From an uncultured delta proteobacterium (GTDB lineage: Bacteria > Bdellovibrionota > FAC87 > UBA2466): a DNA stretch of 64,000 bases. Position numbers and translations under genes: made by a program. The first letter of the stretch is position 1; each line of letters begins with the position of its first letter. The notes under the pieces are model-generated. The model ran no database searches and was not told the DNA's origin. It was given only the letters and a program-made list of their open reading frames with translations. The stretch is taken from the NCBI GenBank assembly GCA_963778115.1, contig CAVZSV010000004.1, positions 640,001-704,000 on the forward strand. Reading direction: 5' to 3'. Of the stretch, positions 9,067-17,772 are shown one piece after another.

Positions 9067-10377
9067 TTAGGATTCGATCACAACGCGAATTTTTCCGGCC
9101 GTCGCTCGGGGCGTGTCATCGGAGTACAGTTGATAATCGATTTCAAAGCTCTTTGCTGTTTCAAAAGAATCGAAGACCACATACAATGGCGCCAGCAATT
9201 CCTGCCAACCGTGCCTCGACTTTATCACGGTAAACTCAACATCGTAACTATTTGAGCGCTCCAATCGTCGAAGAGAGACGTTTCTCTTTTCTAACAATTT
9301 CGGCACATTCAAATCAGGAACGAACAATGAGCCCTGGGAGGACAAACTGGCGATTACCTCAAGGGGAGTAGGAGGCAATGATGGAGGTGTTGGTTCTTGG
9401 GGTGGAGCTGGGTACTTCTCATGGCTTAGAAGTTTAAATCCATCTGGAAAATGCAAATGAGCATGGACGTTATTTGCGGGCAACGTCCCTTCGTTCGATA
9501 AAAAAAGCTCAATCCTTGCCGTTCTTCGAGATAAGTTACGATATTGGAGTTTTTCGATCAAGAATTGGCGATACTCCGCGAAGTAGGATTCCAGCTCCTG
9601 GTTGTATTTGTCGATCTGTATGAGTGATGGCCCACTAAATTTTCCCAAAAAGTCAATCAGAGTTCCAGTTGGTGGAGCCTCAGATGGCTCCTTCCTTGCC
9701 AATGGGGGAACCTCTAGCTGTATCTGCCTTAGGCGAGATTCGATATAGTCTCCGTCCGCTTCCCGGGGAGGGACAATCGGAAATACTTGGAAGGCACTCT
9801 TATCCTTGAATTGAAGCTTTAGTTTAGGCGACCGCGAAGCATGAAGACGGAGTTCCTCCTCCAGTCGTTTTATCTCCAATTGGTCTTCGTCCGGTTCAAC
9901 TGGAAGGGCCAGTTCCTGTGGATTTAAGAAGGTTATCCTTCTCGCATGCGCTTTCACTTCTAAAGCAAAATCCCTACTGACGAGAAGAGGGACGCTGGCG
10001 AGTTTGGACGTCGCCTCCAGGACTGCGGCTAAGAGTTGATCGTCCTGGCGATCGGCCAGCAGACTATTCGCCGAATAATCGATCAGTGGCTCAGTGTTCA
10101 TAAAACATATAGCCAGTTTCGCACTGCATTGTGCGAGGGATCCTATCGGTGAAAGAACCGCGGCGCTGATCAGTTCCCTGAACCTACGAAGTACCGTGGT
10201 AGCATGGCGGCGGACGCGTCGACTCTTATGGGCTTCGGCGTGTTTGTCGAGTTCATGGATGACGGAAAGAGGAACTATAATAGTAAGCGATTCAGTTTCA
10301 AGTGCTTCAAGCCACACATCCTCTTCGAATTGTCGGCAATGAAGAAATACGTTTGAATCAAAAAAAACAAACCGCAT
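9067..10377 (-). CDS. PIN-domain protein with coiled coil and C-terminal beta-sandwich region
   Basis: FFDSNVFLH, VPLSVIHELD, DDQLLA and LVSRD acidic PIN motifs. Confidence 0.85.
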   Translation of the reverse strand: MRFVFFDSNVFLHCRQFEEDVWLEALETESLTIIVPLSVIHELDKHAEAHKSRRVRRHATTVLRRFRELISAAVLSPIGSLAQCSAKLAICFMNTEPLIDYSANSLLADRQDDQLLAAVLEATSKLASVPLLVSRDFALEVKAHARRITFLNPQELALPVEPDEDQLEIKRLEEELRLHASRSPKLKLQFKDKSAFQVFPIVPPREADGDYIESRLRQIQLEVPPLARKEPSEAPPTGTLIDFLGKFSGPSLIQIDKYNQELESYFAEYRQFLIEKLQYRNLSRRTARIELFLSNEGTLPANNVHAHLHFPDGFKLLSHEKYPAPPQEPTPPSLPPTPLEVIASLSSQGSLFVPDLNVPKLLEKRNVSLRRLERSNSYDVEFTVIKSRHGWQELLAPLYVVFDSFETAKSFEIDYQLYSDDTPRATAGKIRVVIES

Positions 10378-10426
10378 ATTGCGCAAACCATTTAACACGA
10401 GCATATACGAGGAGAAGACCAGTGGG

Positions 10427-10690
10427 TCACTGCTTAAACCTGCTTCGAATCAGATCCCAGTTGTCTTCGAGCCAGACTTTTCCCTGTTGTAATGCCCCAG
10501 AGAGTGTCGTCGCGGTGCCCTCGCAAACCGGCTCTATAATGCTTTCTTCGAATTCAATCTTCGCTCCCAAAACGACCGACCTCATTTCCATAATCGGTCC
10601 ATTGATTGTGAAGCGCCCTCCAAGCGAATCAAAGATCAGAGCGAACGATCGTCCGCGTACCTGAAAAACTTCGGGATTCCCTTTTTCCAC
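10427..10690 (-). CDS. Small hypothetical protein
   Basis: 87-aa ORF with AGGAGG RBS before GTG. Confidence 0.55.
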   Translation of the reverse strand: MEKGNPEVFQVRGRSFALIFDSLGGRFTINGPIMEMRSVVLGAKIEFEESIIEPVCEGTATTLSGALQQGKVWLEDNWDLIRSRFKQ

Positions 10691-10780
10691 ATAAACCTCC
10701 TATTTTACGGTTACACGATTCCTCAGTCGCCGAAACGGTCCAACGCATCATGATGATTGCTCCCTTCGGCCCAAAGACGT

Positions 10781-10923
10781 GGAGCGTGAAAAGAGAGGGA
10801 TGGCGATGGAGAAGACCGCTTAAGGGATCTCACTAGTTTATCGCCGATAAAATCAAAGTGACCGTGATTTCGTTATTGTTTTTGGGGGTCAGTGCGGGGC
10901 TTCGATTCCCCCCACCTCCACCA
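10781..10923 (+). repeat. Islet right-end module 1 plus ssrA 3' copy (this copy encodes CCA)
   Basis: Arm motif 10781, one GCTTAA 20-mer, TTTATCGCCGATAAA 10837-10851, TTCGATTCCCCCCACCTCCACCA 10901-10923. Confidence 0.9.
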
Positions 10924-11238
10924 CTTAAATTTAAGTTTAAGATTAACCGGCGTAGCCGGTCTGGTGATTTTTTCCGCTCCCCCAACGTTTAAAAACTAAC
11001 CAACTGAAATTAGAGGATTTTTTTCGGCTCCAATGACTCTGGAGCGTGAAAAGAGCGTGAATGAACTGAACGTTAACTCGAAACTTATGTTGTGTCAGCG
11101 TAAAGCAGCAGGAGGAGACGTAGCTTCTGTTTCTGAATTGATCGAAGTATACTCTTAGCTTCGCGTAGGTCAGATTCCGGTCATCTACTTCCAATAACGT
11201 TTCGCGAATTGAACCGGGCGGTGCCCAATGAGGTCGGT

Positions 11239-12735
11239 ATGGTAGACGAGAAGCTAAATCGGCGTGTTTTGGAGGATGTGTTTGTTACCGAAGGAGTTCC
11301 CGAAGAAACGTTTGTAGCCCCCCCAAACTTTAATGATGTCCTGGTGGATATTCGCCACCAAGGCAAACCAGTTATCATTGAGGGTTCCTCGGGGACCGGA
11401 AAAACGTGCACAGTCAAAAAAATTCTCGAGATTCTCGGGAAAGAAAACGAGTGGATGTATCTAACCGCCAGGAAGGCAGATGACATCATTCTCATAGCCG
11501 ACCTAGCAGAGAGACCCTCTAAAGGCGTATTTCTAATTGACGACTTTCATCGGCTTCAACCGAGTTATCAGAGCAAGTTATCCGACATCGCAAAAATCGC
11601 TGCTGAGGAAGCGGACCCTTCGAAGCATCCCAAGTTGGTATTGATCGGGATCAACCAGGTTGGTGCTGCTCTGATCCATTTTTCTCCAGATATTGCAAAG
11701 CGCTGTGGCATTCATCGTATCCAACCTGCTACAGAAACTCAGACTAACACCCTTGTTAACAAGGGTTGCGAAGCGTTAAATATCCACTTCAAAAATACAG
11801 AGTCCATACATCTAGAGAGCGGAGGAGATTATTGGCTTAGCCAAACTCTGTGCAAAACCGCTTGCAGTCTTATCGGAGTTCTGGAGACACAAGAGAGTCG
11901 GAAAGTCATCGACCCTGACTTGTCGGCTGTTCGAGCTACTATTATTAAGAAGCTGGAAACCGCTTACTATGAATCTATCAAAGATTTCTGTAGGGGAAGG
12001 CGCTTCCGACCCAGTAATGACCCGTATTTTCGAATTCTCCAATTTATAGCAACTAAGAGTAAGACATCTGACGTCGATCTTGTGGAGCTCGCGAATGCCC
12101 ATAAGGAAATTGCTGGTAGCATCAACAACATCAAGGACGTGAGATTAATTACCCTCCTGAAGGAAAAGACCAAGGCAGGGCAATACTTTTACTACAATAA
12201 GGAGACATCCCGTTTTTCCATTGAAGATCCTGCGGTGTTCTATTTCCTAAGAAATCTCGATTGGGACAAACTACGCCAAGATTGTGGGTTCCGGGGTACT
12301 ACTGAAATCACGGAAACTAAGCTCGATATCGCGATCAGCTTCGCGGGTGAAAACCGAGAACTCGCCCGGCAAATTGCAAAACGGCTTTCAGATTTGGATG
12401 TAAGCGTTTACTTTGATGAAGACTACGAAGCGAAATATCTAGGTAAACGGCTGGGCGCTGAATTCGAAGCTGCTTTTGCGACTAGAAGTCGGTTTGTTGT
12501 TTGTATCCTAGATCACAATCATCTTAACAAAATCTGGCCCACTTTTGAGCGAGATGTCTTCCTTCCCAGATTTCAAAAGCAGGAAGCTATTCCGATCTAT
12601 TTGGACGACACTATCTTTCCAGGAATTTCGAGTGATCTCTTTGGAATTAAATTCACCTTCGATAGTTCCAAGGAAGACTGGCGACAAACCTTGGATGACA
12701 AAGTAATTTTGAAATTATTAGATAGGATTGGATAG
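11239..12735 (+). CDS. P-loop ATPase fused to a C-terminal TIR domain; putative anti-phage protein
   Basis: Walker A GSSGTGKT, Walker B FLIDDFH; TIR motifs DIAISFAGENR, VYFDE, SRFVVCIL, WPTFE. Confidence 0.85.
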   Translation: MVDEKLNRRVLEDVFVTEGVPEETFVAPPNFNDVLVDIRHQGKPVIIEGSSGTGKTCTVKKILEILGKENEWMYLTARKADDIILIADLAERPSKGVFLIDDFHRLQPSYQSKLSDIAKIAAEEADPSKHPKLVLIGINQVGAALIHFSPDIAKRCGIHRIQPATETQTNTLVNKGCEALNIHFKNTESIHLESGGDYWLSQTLCKTACSLIGVLETQESRKVIDPDLSAVRATIIKKLETAYYESIKDFCRGRRFRPSNDPYFRILQFIATKSKTSDVDLVELANAHKEIAGSINNIKDVRLITLLKEKTKAGQYFYYNKETSRFSIEDPAVFYFLRNLDWDKLRQDCGFRGTTEITETKLDIAISFAGENRELARQIAKRLSDLDVSVYFDEDYEAKYLGKRLGAEFEAAFATRSRFVVCILDHNHLNKIWPTFERDVFLPRFQKQEAIPIYLDDTIFPGISSDLFGIKFTFDSSKEDWRQTLDDKVILKLLDRIG

Positions 12736-12846
12736 GAGCGTAGACGAGAATTGTTGTGGCTTGGGGTGCCCCAACGGTCCTTTGAGTTTTTCAATTCAAA
12801 TGCGTGAAAAGAGGGATAGGCGACCACTTTGATTGAGGGGAAAACC

Positions 12847-13199
12847 ATGGATTCTATCGCGAAGAACTATTCAAACTAAGCCTTCAAGACATCGTCACAA
12901 GTTGCGGCGATGCTCCAAACACGGGAAATCATAATAAAGGAAACGCTGAGCTGAAGGCTGTTTGTGCTACAGCTACGATAAGGACAATTGAAAGGCTTAC
13001 AGCCTCAATTAATTCCAATGCGGCAGCCACTTCGACATCTGAAAAATGGATGTTTAAACTAACCATTGTCCTTGCAATTGCCACCATCGTTCAGGCAGGT
13101 GCCGCAATCATTCCATTTTTCAAAGTTAACCAATACGGCATTTGTAGTCGCCCTCTAACTAAGGAAATGCCGTCTCCGGTCCCGCTCGAAAAAAAATAG
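12847..13199 (+). pseudogene. Frameshifted small membrane protein (about 117 aa)
   Basis: RBS GAGGGG and ATG 12847 lie out of frame with the open frame 12855-13199 (YREELFKLSLQDIV...WMFKLTIVLAIATIVQAGAAIIPFF). Confidence 0.55.
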
Positions 13200-13220
13200 C
13201 AAAATACTCAGAGATTAACC

Positions 13221-13380
13221 GGAGCGTGAAAAGAGAGGGATGGATATGGAGAAGAGCGCTTAACGATGCTCACTGACGCTTAAAGGATCTCACTGGTTTA
13301 TCGTCGATAAACTCTCGGTGGCCGTGATTTTATTATTGTTTTTGGCGGTCGGAGCGGGTTTTCGATTCCCCCCACCTCCA
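13221..13380 (+). repeat. Islet right-end module 2 plus ssrA 3' copy
   Basis: Arm motif 13221, two 20-mers 13257-13296, TTTATCGTCGATAAA 13297-13311, core 13361-13380. Confidence 0.9.
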
Positions 13381-13606
13381 ATTTTTCCCGAAGGGAAAAA
13401 TTCTTCTAATTTCAACTCTCTACTCTCGATCTCATCTCTAAATTTCTAGATGAGGTGCGTGGGGAGTGCGTGGGGAAATTTATTTTCATTCTCGTTTTTC
13501 TTTCCAAATCGGTTCTCTTCGGGAGGTTTCCATGGCTAGCTTCCTCGGTCCGGGGTGAATTATTGGTCATTTCTCTCAGTGGTGGTGGGCCCAGTTCCCC
13601 CATCCC

Positions 13607-14083
13607 CTATGCTGCCGCGTTCTTGTCCCTCACTATCTTGTATTCGATTCCATATCCAAGAGCGGCGAGAAGCTTAATCATTTGATCAACGGTTTTTGTG
13701 TTGTTAGCCGGATCTAGTAAACGATAGAGCTGTGCCGGAGAGGTGGAGAGTTTTCGCGCCAATTCCCGACGACTTAATTTCGAGATCTTGATTCTTTCAA
13801 GAGCGTCGAGGGTCAATTGATGCAGCAGCAACTTTGCCAGATACTCGGGATCTCGGTTGTAATCAAGGAATGCATCCAGAGGGATTGAATTTTCATCACC
13901 CGAATCGAGAATGTAGGTGATGCCTTCGTTGCCCAGCTCTTTATCTACATAAACTTCAGCGACTTTATTCGAACTTGTAGGAACGAGTCCCGACTTGGCG
14001 AAGGGAAGCACAAGTTCGCCTTTCGAAGTCTCAATCTCAAAACACTTCTTATGGTTGTTGGCTGATACGCTCTTAATCTTCAC
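13607..14083 (-). CDS. Putative antitoxin with C-terminal XRE HTH
   Basis: LSRRELARKLSTSPAQLYRLLDP; 4-bp overlap with the upstream toxin gene. Confidence 0.75.
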   Translation of the reverse strand: MKIKSVSANNHKKCFEIETSKGELVLPFAKSGLVPTSSNKVAEVYVDKELGNEGITYILDSGDENSIPLDAFLDYNRDPEYLAKLLLHQLTLDALERIKISKLSRRELARKLSTSPAQLYRLLDPANNTKTVDQMIKLLAALGYGIEYKIVRDKNAAA

Positions 14084-14277
14084 AGTTTTCCTTCCCTAAC
14101 CAGTTGAGTAATGATCTGTCTGAGCCTGCGATTCATGCGTCCTTCCATTACTACACTTCGTTCCAGGTTCCATTTAGCCACAAAGTTTCCGTCGCGATAA
14201 ATATGGACGTGTCTGGGCGAATGGTCCCCTTTCCAAGTCACAAAGGTGTAGTTTCCACGGCGGACCTTACCCACCAA
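14080..14277 (-). CDS. DUF4160-like small putative toxin
   Basis: GDHSPRHVHIY motif; 65 aa. Confidence 0.75.
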   Translation of the reverse strand: MVGKVRRGNYTFVTWKGDHSPRHVHIYRDGNFVAKWNLERSVVMEGRMNRRLRQIITQLVREGKL

Positions 14278-14287
14278 AAAATAGTAT

Positions 14288-14307
14288 CATAAGTGGTACC
14301 ACTTATG
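14288..14307. promoter_or_regulatory. Perfect 20-bp palindromic operator upstream of the TA operon
   Basis: CATAAGTGGTACCACTTATG, overlapping a minus-strand TTGCAT -35-like hexamer. Confidence 0.7.
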
Positions 14308-14467
14308 CAACAACGCAAGATTCGACTCTCTCTAGAAAATTCCTATTAAACATCTGTATTTACGATGTAGTTTTCCTGAAGGCTCGTCGCCCTTCCCACT
14401 CAGGGAAAGGGTCTGCCTCACTCCCTAACATGCTATAATTTAACGGCACTGCAACCGGAGACCTCGT

Positions 14468-15532
14468 ATGTTCTTCCAGAGATTTCGCCAGTATCCCGCG
14501 CTGCTAAGTCTCGTTCTTTGCCTAAATGGAGCCTCCGGCGCGCAGGATTTCTGTGCTCTGGCGTCCGCCGCACTTACCGGAAATCCCGAGGCCATTAAAG
14601 CTTTACAGGAAGCCATAGAAGAGAAGCGTAAAAGCGAAGAGGGTCTTCGCGAGATGATCGCGGACTCACCTAAACTATCGCGCGTTCCCCAATTGCAGCA
14701 CCCTGAAGACGCAGCGAGTCTACATCCCGGAGATCTGGCCGTGATCTATGGTCATATGGACGTTCCCACTCGGGCGGCCTACACAACGAAATTGCTTTCG
14801 CTTTTCCATGATGCCCGACAAAGAAATCTTCATGGCGAAGCGACTCTTACCGCAAAAAAAGCGCAAAACGAACTAACGCGTTTCTTCGGATTGGCAAAGG
14901 AAAGAGAATCGAAGGGGCGGAAGCTGGACCCTGCCCTTGATCCCTTCGCCAAGATGTATGAATCGGAAAACCCCCAGTGGGCACTCACACCGGCACAGCC
15001 AGCAAATGTTATTACCCGCCTATCGATGAAGGCGCTTTCGGTAAAGAATCGTCAGCAAATGCAAGAAAAGGAGATTGATCCCTATTTGCCTTGGCCAAGA
15101 GAGGATCTGATTGCTCGTTTGCCACACCACGGCCTTCGGAAACTCTATGAAAATATAAGCTCCTTTGCTGAGAGAGGGTTTTTTATGGATGAAGTCTCCG
15201 ATCCGAATAGTTGGAATATTGCTGGTGCAAGTGACTGGAACGATATGCTTCAAGTTTCCACCGACCGAGTGAAGTTAACGTTGGAAAGCTCGCAATCGCC
15301 AGGCTACCGCAAAGCCGTCCTCTACACCGCCATGATGATTCACCTAGCGAAATCAGGGACCGTTTCTCAAAAGCAACTTGCGACTGCGTGGTGCGACAAT
15401 CTCCTTCGGCGGGGCGGAGACAGACATAGCGACAATGGGGCGCTTTGGGCGCTCGATGACCTGTACCTCAGAGAAGTCCACAATAAGCATTGGGGTTTCA
15501 CGCTCGGGGGAGTTGGGATCTTTGACAACTAA
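14468..15532 (+). CDS. Hypothetical exported protein
   Basis: 354-aa ORF, signal peptide-like start, GGAG RBS, TGcTATAAT upstream. Confidence 0.7.
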   Translation: MFFQRFRQYPALLSLVLCLNGASGAQDFCALASAALTGNPEAIKALQEAIEEKRKSEEGLREMIADSPKLSRVPQLQHPEDAASLHPGDLAVIYGHMDVPTRAAYTTKLLSLFHDARQRNLHGEATLTAKKAQNELTRFFGLAKERESKGRKLDPALDPFAKMYESENPQWALTPAQPANVITRLSMKALSVKNRQQMQEKEIDPYLPWPREDLIARLPHHGLRKLYENISSFAERGFFMDEVSDPNSWNIAGASDWNDMLQVSTDRVKLTLESSQSPGYRKAVLYTAMMIHLAKSGTVSQKQLATAWCDNLLRRGGDRHSDNGALWALDDLYLREVHNKHWGFTLGGVGIFDN

Positions 15533-15686
15533 TTAGCGAAGCCAGATTTAAAGAATCTGGAGAGTAGCGCGCTGTAGTTAGCCCGCGGGTCACAAACAAC
15601 CATATTCACAATCCCGCGGTCGGTATTTCTAATAGTTTATGACTGTGAAAACTGTCTGCCTGTCTGTTCGACTGGAAGCCGGATTT

Positions 15687-15847
15687 GGTGCGTGGCAGGT
15701 GCGTGGGAAGAATGGCGAGAGCTGCTTAACGATATTCGGTGACGCTTAAAGGAAGATGACTCGGATATCGACGATAAAAGTATTCGCGTGCTGATTTTAT
15801 TGGTTTTTCCGAATTGCCTTTTGTGGGTTCGATTCCCCCCACCTCCA
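15687..15847 (+). repeat. Islet right-end module 3 plus ssrA 3' copy
   Basis: Arm pair 15688-15709, two GCTTAA 20-mers, GATATCGACGATAAA 15764-15778, GGGTTCGATTCCCCCCACCTCCA 15825-15847. Confidence 0.9.
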
Positions 15848-15997
15848 TCTATCTATTTAATATTATTATTAAATTTAATGTTTATCGACGGAACCCCCAC
15901 CCTTCAAAATATAACTCTCTGAATTTAAACGGTAATTTCGCGACGATTTCCCGTTTGGTGTGTGGCAGGTGCGTGGGAAAATTTCTTTTCGCCTGGA

Positions 15998-16029
15998 TTG
16001 ATCTATAATGCCATATATGGCATTATAGA
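15998..16029 (+). promoter_or_regulatory. Promoter overlapped by a perfect 28-bp palindromic operator
   Basis: TCTATAATGCCATA-TATGGCATTATAGA 16002-16029; TTGATC-17 nt-CATTAT. Confidence 0.7.
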
Positions 16030-16033
16030 AAAT

Positions 16034-16345
16034 GTGAAATTCAGGACCACACGACTTCCCGAATTTGTTGAGTGGTTTGAAGAGCTCGACACCAAGGGCA
16101 GAGCTCAGGTAGATGCTCGCATATTGAAGATTGAAACAGAGGGCTACTTTGGAGACGCCAAAGACTTGGGCGATGGACTCGCTGAACTCCGGTGGAAAAG
16201 CGGGCGGAGAGTTTATTTTGCGCGTATCAGAGATTCATTCGGGTCTCTTGTATTGCTAGTATTAGGAGGAAATAAAAATGGGCAAACGAAAGACATCCGG
16301 CAAGCGAGGCTTCTCCTTCGAAAACATTCAGGAGACCAAACTTAA
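16034..16345 (+). CDS. RelE/ParE-family addiction module toxin
   Basis: EFVEWFEELD..ARILKIETEGYFGDAKDLGDGLAELR..GRRVYF..LVLGGNK..Q.KDI; start placed at in-frame GTG 16034. Confidence 0.9.
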   Translation: MKFRTTRLPEFVEWFEELDTKGRAQVDARILKIETEGYFGDAKDLGDGLAELRWKSGRRVYFARIRDSFGSLVLLVLGGNKNGQTKDIRQARLLLRKHSGDQT

Positions 16346-16616
16346 AAAGGGCACTCGACTTCTTTCCCACGATTCCTCAAGGGAATTGGCGGATGTTGAG
16401 TTTGTAAGCCAGGCACTGATTCAAGCCCTTAAAGACGGCGATGCAGACGCCTTCAAGGAGATTTTAGGAGCGCATTTAAGCGTGACCAACAAAGAAAAGT
16501 TTTCGGAGAAAGCCAAGATTCCGAAGCGTACCCTTTTCAGGATGCTCTCACCTAGCGGGAATCCGACATTAGAAAATGTCGCACGAATCGTTCATGCACT
16601 GAGCAAGGCTGCCTAG
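16278..16616 (+). CDS. Addiction module antidote protein (HTH)
   Basis: KRTLFRMLSPSGNPTLENVARIVHAL; overlaps the toxin gene. Confidence 0.88.
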   Translation: MGKRKTSGKRGFSFENIQETKLKKGTRLLSHDSSRELADVEFVSQALIQALKDGDADAFKEILGAHLSVTNKEKFSEKAKIPKRTLFRMLSPSGNPTLENVARIVHALSKAA

Positions 16617-16741
16617 GCTCCGGAATTCAATTTTTGGGGCTAATTTTTTCTTCCTAGGGATTTTTATCACCGGCTTAGATCTCCCCCACAGATTGCGTTT
16701 CCTCACGGCATATTCTTTGCTATTTTGATTTCTTTCGTGGA

Positions 16742-17620
16742 CTACTCCTGTTTTCTAAGATGCAACAAGGTACAGGTTCGATAATAAACCCGCTCCTTCT
16801 TCATGACCTTGAATCCTGCTTTCTTGCACAGAGAAGAAAGTTCTCTGTCCGTGAGGAATTTTACCTTTCTAGTGATCCGGCCAACGATCAAATAGCACAA
16901 GAAAGCAAATTCAAACTCCGTAAACCGAGCGCCATTAGAAGACGCCTCGGCCACCTGGGCGATGAAGGGCGCCATAACGTTTTTTTTTCGTGGGAAGGGA
17001 TCACAAAGGAAAAAAGGACCATTGGGCTTTAGCAGAGTCCAAACTTGCTTTAGGACCGTCAGGCGCTGATGGATCGGAATATTATAAAGAACGTTGTTCA
17101 TGACCGCTCCATCGATCTTTTTGAATCCGAAACTCTCTAGTTTGTTCAGAGAGTTCAGGATTAGTCGGTATCGGCTTCTGCCTTTGGAGATAAGCTTGAG
17201 TTTCTTCCTGGCAAGCGCCAAACCATCCTTGGAGATGTCGATCCCTATGACTTTTCGTTTTGGACTAGAGTAGAGCAAGGAAACCGCGAAGTTGCCTGTT
17301 CCGGTTCCCAGGTCCAAAAGGGTGCCTTCCGAAGGAAGCAGGGAATTGCTTCCCTTTAGGAGGGCTTCGTACCCGCTGCTTGCCAAGACCACCCGGTCGT
17401 AAATTGTGAAATAGCAATCCCAGATCCCCGATGAGTTTTTCTTTGGGATTTCGTGGACAAGGGAAGAGAGTTCTTTCCGAAGTGTTTTGTTGGAAACTAC
17501 TTGTCTAGCTATCTCTCTTAGACGTGCAGAACGGGTAACGGGCTGGTTCGAAAGGACGGCACTTTTCCAAATTACAGTTGGCTGATCTAAGAGGGGTGCG
17601 ATGACTCGGGCTAGTTGCAT
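16742..17620 (-). CDS. Class I SAM-dependent methyltransferase
   Basis: LLDLGTGTG, IGIDIS, LLKPNG motifs. Confidence 0.85.
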   Translation of the reverse strand: MQLARVIAPLLDQPTVIWKSAVLSNQPVTRSARLREIARQVVSNKTLRKELSSLVHEIPKKNSSGIWDCYFTIYDRVVLASSGYEALLKGSNSLLPSEGTLLDLGTGTGNFAVSLLYSSPKRKVIGIDISKDGLALARKKLKLISKGRSRYRLILNSLNKLESFGFKKIDGAVMNNVLYNIPIHQRLTVLKQVWTLLKPNGPFFLCDPFPRKKNVMAPFIAQVAEASSNGARFTEFEFAFLCYLIVGRITRKVKFLTDRELSSLCKKAGFKVMKKERVYYRTCTLLHLRKQE

Positions 17621-17772
17621 TTCCTTCTCCCACCCAATTGTACAAGAAAACGGTCCGCCAGAACGCCACGAATGCCGAAAAATGTCACCGCGAAGGCTGA
17701 GAGGGGCCCCTTTTTAGGCATTCTCAAGCTTCCAAGAAGCCTGAGAGTCAGGGTACCAACCTTGCAATCCGT

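Larger units (their letters stand above)
7061..10920. mobile_element. tmRNA islet 1 (3860 bp, no integrase)
   Basis: Bounded by the ssrA 3' end and the direct repeat 10901-10920; GGAGCGTGAAAAGAG at both ends (7201, 10781). Confidence 0.8.
10921..13380. mobile_element. tmRNA islet 2 (2460 bp, no integrase)
   Basis: Between ssrA 3' copies; GGAGCGTGAAAAGAG at 11041 and 13221. Confidence 0.8.
13381..15847. mobile_element. tmRNA islet 3 (2467 bp, no integrase)
   Basis: Between ssrA 3' copies; tandem GTGCGTGG 11-mers at 13455-13476 and 15688-15709. Confidence 0.8.

Noticed and set aside
10852..10880. IHF site in the right-end modules
   Set aside because: The TGATTT tract is suggestive but does not match the WATCAANNNNTTR consensus well enough to call.
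15962..16033. N-terminal extension of the RelE-like ORF given in the track
   Set aside because: It spans the arm repeat and the operator palindrome; GTG 16034 fits the promoter and the usual family length.
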